64,000 nt of DNA from a virus: IMG/VR virus record IMGVR_UViG_3300013101_002049, positions 86,129-150,128 of that record, one strand, 5' to 3'. Both the position numbers and the translations under genes were made by a program. Shown here in pieces: positions 57,985 to 64,000 of this stretch (positions are counted from its first letter, which is position 1; each line of letters opens with the position of its first letter). The notes under the pieces were generated by a model. The model made no database searches. It saw only the letters and a list, made by a program, of their open reading frames with translations, and was not told the origin of the DNA.

Positions 57985-58529
57985 TGCGGGGGCCTAGAAA
58001 ATAAAATTCTAGGAGGTACGTGTCATGAATAGAAAAAGTTTGCTGCCAAGTACTGCTTCATATTGGGGGGTACCTGTTCTTAGACGTTTACGTGATGACA
58101 TGGACGAAATGTTTGAGTCTTTTTTTGCAGATGTATTTAAAACCCCGGCGATGAAAGTTTTTGAAGATGTTCAGACTGGTGCTTCGTTTCCTAAAATTAA
58201 TGTTTCGGAAACAGATGCAGGTTATAATGTAGAGATAGCGGTAGCTGGATTCGAAAAAAATGATGTTAATCTTGAATTAAGAGATAACACCTTATTTATT
58301 TCGGCTGATAAAAAGTCTGAAGATGAAGAAGAAGAAAAAAGTTATATTCGTAAAGAGATTTCTTCTAGATCTTTCCGTAGAGCAGTTAGATTTCCTTGTG
58401 AAGTTACCGAAGAGGTTAGTGCTAATTACAAAGATGGTATAATTAACGTGCAAGTTAGTAAAGCCGTTGAACCCGAAAAGGAAGAAGGAATTAAAATCGA
58501 TATTGAATAATTAAGTCATGGCCCCCGCA
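57985..58529. repeat. 10-bp GC-rich inverted repeat flanking hsp20
   Basis: TGCGGGGGCC (57985-57994) and GGCCCCCGCA (58520-58529). Confidence 0.7.
58025..58510 (+). CDS. small heat shock protein Hsp20
   Basis: FPKINVSET, AVAGF, SRSFRRAV, ANYKDGII. Confidence 0.9.
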   Translation: MNRKSLLPSTASYWGVPVLRRLRDDMDEMFESFFADVFKTPAMKVFEDVQTGASFPKINVSETDAGYNVEIAVAGFEKNDVNLELRDNTLFISADKKSEDEEEEKSYIRKEISSRSFRRAVRFPCEVTEEVSANYKDGIINVQVSKAVEPEKEEGIKIDIE

Positions 58530-58554
58530 TTAAAAATTTATGGAGGTGATTGTT

Positions 58555-58749
58555 ATGCCAAGAATGGATGGGACTGGCCCGATGGGTCAAGGCCCAATGA
58601 CTGGTCGTGGTTTTGGATCATGTGATGATGATAAGTTGGATAAGCCCGTAAGAGCAGAGCGTGGATTGAGTCCTTGTGGTCGTGGTTTAGCTAACAGACG
58701 TGGTTTTGGTCGTGGTAATCGTGGTCGTAATGGTAGACAAAGAGTTTAA
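58555..58749 (+). CDS. DUF5320-like protein
   Basis: MPRMDGTGPMGQGPMTGRGFGSC; GGAGGT SD. Confidence 0.7.
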   Translation: MPRMDGTGPMGQGPMTGRGFGSCDDDKLDKPVRAERGLSPCGRGLANRRGFGRGNRGRNGRQRV

Positions 58750-58765
58750 GAAAGGGGGGTTTAAC

Positions 58766-58894
58766 ATGGCAAGAGGTCAAAAAGACGGAACTGGACGTGG
58801 TAAAGGTCGTTCAGGTGGTTTGAGACGTAATAAAAATCCAAAACCTTGTGGTAAAGGTGGTGGAGGCCGTGGTAAAGGTAAAAATAGAAAATAA
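58766..58894 (+). CDS. small Gly/Arg/Lys-rich peptide (DUF5320-related)
   Basis: MARGQKDGTGRG...PCGKGGGGRG; G-rich SD. Confidence 0.5.
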   Translation: MARGQKDGTGRGKGRSGGLRRNKNPKPCGKGGGGRGKGKNRK

Positions 58895-58919
58895 TAATTA
58901 AAGGACGAGGAGATTTAAT

Positions 58920-59399
58920 ATGAGTAGATATTATGAAGCAGATGATTTGGTTTATAATTTAATACAGGCATTGATATATGATGAGGAACGCTTTCCTTAT
59001 TTAAAACCTGCCGCTATTAAAGCGGTAATGGATAATAAACCAAAGATTGATAAATTAACTAATAGAGTCACATTTGCTTATATTAAAACAGCAAATGAGG
59101 TTGAAAGATTTTTAACAAAAGATGGTCATAATTTAGAAGGTATTGATTACATTATGTTCATTAATGATATTGTATGGGAATTAGCCAGCGATAAGGATAA
59201 GAAACGGATTATTTCTCATGAACTACGCCATACATTTTTGGATGATAAAGGAAATTTTAAGATAGTTAAGCATGACATTGAGGATTTTTATGCAGAAGTT
59301 AAATTAAACGAAGATGATCCTATGTGGGGGCAATCTTTAGGTGCTATCGCTATTGCCAAGATCGAACAGATGAAGGAAGAGGCAAAGGCTAATAGATAA
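58920..59399 (+). CDS. putative phage metallopeptidase
   Basis: HELRH zincin motif followed by HDIEDF. Confidence 0.65.
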   Translation: MSRYYEADDLVYNLIQALIYDEERFPYLKPAAIKAVMDNKPKIDKLTNRVTFAYIKTANEVERFLTKDGHNLEGIDYIMFINDIVWELASDKDKKRIISHELRHTFLDDKGNFKIVKHDIEDFYAEVKLNEDDPMWGQSLGAIAIAKIEQMKEEAKANR

Positions 59400-59409
59400 G
59401 GGGGTTTTT

Positions 59410-59733
59410 ATGGAACCACAGAGAGAAAAGATGTTAGAGGACTGGATAGCTATTCGAAACGCTATATTACGAGCTGAAGCCGGTGAATTATTAGTTAAGT
59501 ATATGCGTGAATCCGATTTTATTGTTATGGAAGGTGAAGGTGGAGAAAGAGCGAGTGAGATTCAGCGATTAAAAGACGAAAAGAAAGATAAAATTGTCGG
59601 AATTTATGTTGATTTAGTTCTTAAGTTCCCTGAAGCGTTGGATAGAGATTTTACGAAAGAGGAAATTAGTGATATTCAAAGCGCTCTTGATGTTTTAGCG
59701 AAAGCGCAACAAAAGCAAGAAGGGAAGGAATAA
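59410..59733 (+). CDS. hypothetical protein
   Basis: Helical, acidic ORF with SD. Confidence 0.5.
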   Translation: MEPQREKMLEDWIAIRNAILRAEAGELLVKYMRESDFIVMEGEGGERASEIQRLKDEKKDKIVGIYVDLVLKFPEALDRDFTKEEISDIQSALDVLAKAQQKQEGKE

Positions 59734-59810
59734 GCCGCTATAGCTCAGGAGGTTAGAGCGTATCCTTGGTAAGGATAAGGCCATCGGTTCAACTCCGATT
59801 AGCGGCTCCA
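59734..59810 (+). tRNA. tRNA-Thr (anticodon GGT), CCA encoded
   Basis: Acceptor GCCGCTA/TAGCGGC, D-arm GCTC/GAGC, anticodon stem TATCC-TTGGTAA-GGATA, T-loop TTCAACT, 3' TCCA. Confidence 0.93.
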
Positions 59811-59837
59811 GTTTAATCTGGTTATTGGAGGGAGTAT

Positions 59838-61844
59838 ATGCCGCGGAATCTGATTAGGCAGTTTGAACAGGTAAGGGGAACCTACACGTTTTTTTATGAT
59901 ATGTTCCGTCAATATGCGGAGCAAGCTGGTCGGCATTATTTTACTGGCACACTATCAGTTGTATCAGGTTCGACTACTGTTATAGATTCGTCTACTACAT
60001 TTGAAGAAGATGAATTAGGAAATTTTATTGTTATTGATAGTGGTGCTGAATCCGGTGTATATCAGTTAACTGCATGTAGTGGTTCGCTCAATGCTGAAGT
60101 AGATCCTGCGATATCAGGAACGAATGCGTCTGCTTCTTATAGACGACATTATTACCAAAATTTAGAAGATGACCTAAATTATTTAAGAAAGATGCTCCAA
60201 TTAGTTATTGGAGAAGATAGTTGGTATGATGAGCCAAATACGGATTTACGAAATATGGCGTATCTTATACCTAAGCGCCCTAATTATTTAGGCGAAACTA
60301 CTCAATATGCACAGCGCCCCGGCACTGTGTCTTTTTCTTTATCCGATATAAATCAAACCGGCGGGGTTAGTAGCAATAATCCCGCTGCGTACTATACAGA
60401 TAACATATCAAGTACCTCTCCTGGCACAACAGTTAGATTTACAGATGATAATACAATGATAATTTCCGTAACTGGTGGGTTTTATCCAGCTGATATGGGT
60501 TATTTACGTGTTTATAAAGATAGTGCATTGGTCGGCGAGTTAGATTTATCATCAGTGTGGACATCAGATGGTTGTGTTTACGAGGAAGAGGAATCAGATG
60601 TTGGAAATAATCCTAACCATACAGCGGCTGGTGGATTGGACATTTTTAATTTGACAAATAGACGTTGTATGAATGATTCTGTTGATGGATATGGTTATTT
60701 TTGGCCGCCCTATCAAATAGCTAGTATGAGTTGTACATTAAGTTTAGATGAAGGTTTTACTGGTCAGATATATATACAGCATAGTAGTGGAGGGGGTTCT
60801 CAAAATTATACATATTCATCTTTTTGGGTTGATACAAGTAGTCAATCCATCTCACCGTCAGCTCCTACTGTTGTTTCAGGAATAAATGTTTTGAAATATT
60901 TAAGTGGTGTATCGTATTTTGATACTGGAAGTCAATTTACGATTTCAGGTACAAACAGTGATGCTCTATTTGATGAAGGGTATCGCACAAATAGCCCTAT
61001 GACTTTTTGTTTAAGTCAATTTAACGCATCAAATATTAGTCCAACCTATAATCAAATAGGATTGTCCACTCCACTTGACATTTCTGATACAATAGCTGGA
61101 TTAGGTGGATATGGTACTACTTTTTCAGTGGGTAGTGGTAATTTTAGAGATTTAGATGCTAGAGCACAGGTACGTTATTATAATGTATTTACAAATTCCC
61201 AGTCAGGCGATTCCGCCGCTGGGATTTTTCGTATCGATACCTATGGCACAACTAGTACAAATTTAATAGAGTATTTTGATGATGAGCACAAAAGATATAA
61301 AGGTACTGAAAATTTTAATGATATTACTTTAGGTGACGACCCTGATACTGATAGTGCTTGGGATGAAACAGATAATATATTATCTATTCCTGGATTAGTT
61401 GTATACAACGGTACTTTGAAATATCCTACTATTAACCATTCATTATATAAGCCTTTTGGTCCTGATTATAGTAGTGCATCTGGTGATTTTTATTATTATA
61501 GAATATTTATTGCATCTGGGGCATTTACTCATGGCACCATAACTTTCAGTGGGTGGTCAAATGCGTTAAGTACTATACAAGGTAGTGATGTTGAAATATA
61601 TATGCGTTATCCAAATTGCAGTGATTATGGAAATGGTAATAGTGCCACCTGGCAAGATTTAAGTGTTGATCAGCAAAATTATGGTGGTGATGGTTGTCTT
61701 GGTGCTGGCTCTTCTGGTAGCGTGGTAGCTTTTAGTTTTGGAACCACAAGTTCAAGTTCTTTTGGTAACAGAGTTATTGTACGTATTAAATTTAGTAGTA
61801 ACGTAACCGCTTTGAGTACAGTAACTTTTAGCCCAACTTTATAA
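59838..61844 (+). CDS. putative virion structural protein (S/T/G-rich)
   Basis: Beta-rich S/T/G composition like the 1-10 kb block; NLEDDLNYLR helix. Confidence 0.55.
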   Translation: MPRNLIRQFEQVRGTYTFFYDMFRQYAEQAGRHYFTGTLSVVSGSTTVIDSSTTFEEDELGNFIVIDSGAESGVYQLTACSGSLNAEVDPAISGTNASASYRRHYYQNLEDDLNYLRKMLQLVIGEDSWYDEPNTDLRNMAYLIPKRPNYLGETTQYAQRPGTVSFSLSDINQTGGVSSNNPAAYYTDNISSTSPGTTVRFTDDNTMIISVTGGFYPADMGYLRVYKDSALVGELDLSSVWTSDGCVYEEEESDVGNNPNHTAAGGLDIFNLTNRRCMNDSVDGYGYFWPPYQIASMSCTLSLDEGFTGQIYIQHSSGGGSQNYTYSSFWVDTSSQSISPSAPTVVSGINVLKYLSGVSYFDTGSQFTISGTNSDALFDEGYRTNSPMTFCLSQFNASNISPTYNQIGLSTPLDISDTIAGLGGYGTTFSVGSGNFRDLDARAQVRYYNVFTNSQSGDSAAGIFRIDTYGTTSTNLIEYFDDEHKRYKGTENFNDITLGDDPDTDSAWDETDNILSIPGLVVYNGTLKYPTINHSLYKPFGPDYSSASGDFYYYRIFIASGAFTHGTITFSGWSNALSTIQGSDVEIYMRYPNCSDYGNGNSATWQDLSVDQQNYGGDGCLGAGSSGSVVAFSFGTTSSSSFGNRVIVRIKFSSNVTALSTVTFSPTL

Positions 61845-61857
61845 GGAGAAGTAGTAG

Positions 61858-62694
61858 ATGGCTTTTGATGATACCTATAGAGAAAGTATACAAAATAAGC
61901 ATTTGGGTAATGTAGGTTTCACATCTACTGCTAAAGGTGTTACTAATGAAGCTAATGCTGACATTAATCCGCATCAATTAAATGCGTATCAAATACCCGC
62001 GCATAATGTAGTAGATGAATATGGGCCTTTAGTTGCGAGTGGTATTGCAGCTGAGTTAGTTGAAGAACACATTGTTAAGCTTACAGCGGATCCAACTGTT
62101 AATAATAATAAAGCATGGTTAGCTTATGAAGATAATTGTGTCGTATCTGGTCATTTAAGCAGGGGTCATATACGATTAAATCAGTTTATCCGTGTAGCTG
62201 AAACACAATATAAACTGAGGGTATTTGAGGATAATGGAGCTGGCACAGCTCCAGATTATTCAAAAGAGATTTTTCCGTCAGAAACACAATTTAATTGGGA
62301 TTATAATGCGGGTGCGGGTACTTTATATTTTGATGAAGATCCCTCTAATAATGGGAAAACGTTGCCTTTATGGGGTGTTTTTTATAACTATATCGGAGAA
62401 TCTGTTGGTGATGCACTTGCTACATTTAGTGGTACACCTGGGGCTTCTCATGAGCATTTTGATGTGGATTTTACGTATGTGTCTGGAAATACGTGGGTTT
62501 ACGATCCAAATCCAGGCGTATTTTCCACTGTGCCAGAGCAGTTAGCTATTTATGTAAATGGTGTAAAAAATAAGTCGAATGATGTGTCATATTATGCACC
62601 TACGATTTCTGGGGGTAAATTGTATATAGATTTTGGTTATAACGTTAATTCATCTGGTTGGTGGGTTAATGGAACTTATATATTAAGTGTCTAG
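61858..62694 (+). CDS. putative virion structural protein
   Basis: WDYNAGAGTLYF, YNYIG and IYVNGV motifs typical of large-phage structural proteins. Confidence 0.55.
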   Translation: MAFDDTYRESIQNKHLGNVGFTSTAKGVTNEANADINPHQLNAYQIPAHNVVDEYGPLVASGIAAELVEEHIVKLTADPTVNNNKAWLAYEDNCVVSGHLSRGHIRLNQFIRVAETQYKLRVFEDNGAGTAPDYSKEIFPSETQFNWDYNAGAGTLYFDEDPSNNGKTLPLWGVFYNYIGESVGDALATFSGTPGASHEHFDVDFTYVSGNTWVYDPNPGVFSTVPEQLAIYVNGVKNKSNDVSYYAPTISGGKLYIDFGYNVNSSGWWVNGTYILSV

Positions 62695-62719
62695 CAAAAT
62701 GAAAAAAATATACTATTAT
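62691..62719 (+). promoter_or_regulatory. phage promoter CTAGCA-N17-TATTAT (copy 5)
   Basis: CTAGCA 62691-62696 (overlaps the TAG stop) and TATTAT 62714-62719. Confidence 0.7.
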
Positions 62720-62766
62720 ATAGATAGTAGTATGAATTTTTAAATTTAAGGTCAGAGGTTAAAGGA

Positions 62767-63129
62767 ATGGCGGTTTATAAAATATCTGGAGATATTACTG
62801 AAGATGCATTGATCTATGTTATACAGGATGAAGAATATAAAGGTAAACGTAGGGTGTCTGCGGGTCATTATGAAATAGTATTTGAATCTGAATCTGATAG
62901 TGCAATTATAGCTGTAGCCGAAAATCCTAACGGTAAGATTTTAAGTTTTGGTAATATTACAGTTATAGATGCGGATGGCCAGACACCGAATTTACATTTT
63001 AATGAGTCATTATCAGCTATCATAAATAATTTGACTGGGATATATAATTCTTTGAATGGATTATATGATGTATCGCAAGATATTATAGATGATTTAGATA
63101 GTGTTATTAATAGATTACGAAGTATATAG
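62767..63129 (+). CDS. hypothetical protein (YKISG N-terminal beta domain + helical tail)
   Basis: N-terminus resembles that of the ORF at 63889. Confidence 0.5.
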   Translation: MAVYKISGDITEDALIYVIQDEEYKGKRRVSAGHYEIVFESESDSAIIAVAENPNGKILSFGNITVIDADGQTPNLHFNESLSAIINNLTGIYNSLNGLYDVSQDIIDDLDSVINRLRSI

Positions 63130-63130
63130 T

Positions 63131-63886
63131 ATGATATATCTTAAAAATGTACAAGAAATAAGAAACATAGAGTATGTTAATAAATTAGGCGCAGAGCTTT
63201 TACAAATATGTTATGAGTATTTAAAGCCTGGTATTGTGACTTTAGAGTTAGATGAAATAGTTAATAAATTTTGTGCTGATAGAAAAGTTATCCCATCATT
63301 TAGAAATTATAGAGGATTTCCACATAGTTTATGTGTATCAGTGAATGAAGAAATTATACATGGATTTCCAAACGAAAGGGTCGTTAAGGCCGGCGATATT
63401 GTAAGTGTTGATTTAGGTTTAAATTGGCATAATTATTATAGTGATGCTGCCTTTACAAAAATAATTGGTAAAGTTACAAATTCAACAAAAAAATTAGTTA
63501 AAACTACACGTGAATGTTTATATAAAGGTATATCAAAAGCTAAACATGGTAATCGTCTTAATGATATTTCAGCAGCTATTCAATTACACGCTGAATTAAA
63601 AGGATTTGATGTAGTTCGCGAATATGTTGGTCATGGTGTTGGGTTGGCAGTACATGAAGATCCAAAGATACCTAATTATGTATCACACGGTATTAATTGG
63701 AAATTACGAACCGGGATGGTAGTAGCTATCGAGCCGATTGTTGTGGCTGGTAGTTATGAAGTTTATGTTGGGAAAAATAATTGGACAGTTATTACTAAAG
63801 ATCATAAATTAGCAGCGCACTTTGAGCATTCCATTGCTATAACGGGTGATAAACCGATTATATTAAGTGAACTTTATGGAGGATAA
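63131..63886 (+). CDS. map: methionine aminopeptidase type I
   Basis: CVSVNEEIIHG, VDLG, SDAA, GHGVG...HEDP, IEP, HFEH; metal ligands intact. Confidence 0.92.
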   Translation: MIYLKNVQEIRNIEYVNKLGAELLQICYEYLKPGIVTLELDEIVNKFCADRKVIPSFRNYRGFPHSLCVSVNEEIIHGFPNERVVKAGDIVSVDLGLNWHNYYSDAAFTKIIGKVTNSTKKLVKTTRECLYKGISKAKHGNRLNDISAAIQLHAELKGFDVVREYVGHGVGLAVHEDPKIPNYVSHGINWKLRTGMVVAIEPIVVAGSYEVYVGKNNWTVITKDHKLAAHFEHSIAITGDKPIILSELYGG

Positions 63887-63888
63887 AA

Positions 63889-64000
63889 ATGTCATACAAA
63901 ATTTCTGGAACTTTAAATGACAGCGCCAGAATTTTAGTATTAAAAGAATCTGACTGGTCGATAGAGTCTAACTCGTTGGAATCAGTGGGAGATTACGAAA
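63889..64000 (+). CDS. hypothetical protein (3' partial), MSYKISGTL...
   Basis: GGAGG SD; open to the window end. Confidence 0.5.
   Translation, partial: MSYKISGTLNDSARILVLKESDWSIESNSLESVGDYE

Noticed and set aside
1-64000. Stop-codon reassignment
   Set aside because: Conserved genes are full length under the standard code and end at TAA, TAG and TGA.

Overview
This AT-rich window has essentially all genes on the + strand and reads as part of a large, uncultured-type tailed phage genome using the standard genetic code. Layout: (1) 1-10.4 kb virion/adhesin-like genes (SPRY, DUF2341, LamG lectin repeats, repeat proteins). (2) 10.4-20.1 kb nucleotide, replication and recombination genes (ThyA-like, MazG-like, DnaN, RecA, DnaB, DnaG, RuvC-like, PD-(D/E)XK nucleases). 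(3) 20.1-37.2 kb, a ~17 kb, 20-gene glycan cluster (about 8 glycosyltransferases including GT9/heptosyltransferase-like, a sulfotransferase, methyl- and acyltransferases, WbpB/WbpD/epimerase-like, HldE-like kinase, nucleotidyltransferase-cupin, KdsC-like). (4) 37.3-57 kb DnaX, family A polymerase, dUTPase, class II RNR, RNase HII, HNH endonuclease, Pth2, three DNA methyltransferases and dCMP deaminase. (5) 57-64 kb a candidate structured ncRNA, Hsp20, DUF5320-like peptides, tRNA-Thr(GGT), structural genes and Met aminopeptidase. Four inteins (in a GT4, DnaX, RNR and RNase HII) and a five-copy CTAGCA-N17-TATAAT promoter motif are directly visible. Leading hypothesis (inference): the phage encodes its own virion O-glycosylation (possibly heptosylation) system, with the glycan cluster decorating x-S-G motifs that recur in the structural proteins. 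A second notable system is a family A polymerase carrying a QxxLF clamp motif, encoded together with a phage beta clamp and clamp loader. All product calls come from motif recognition by eye; no searches were run.
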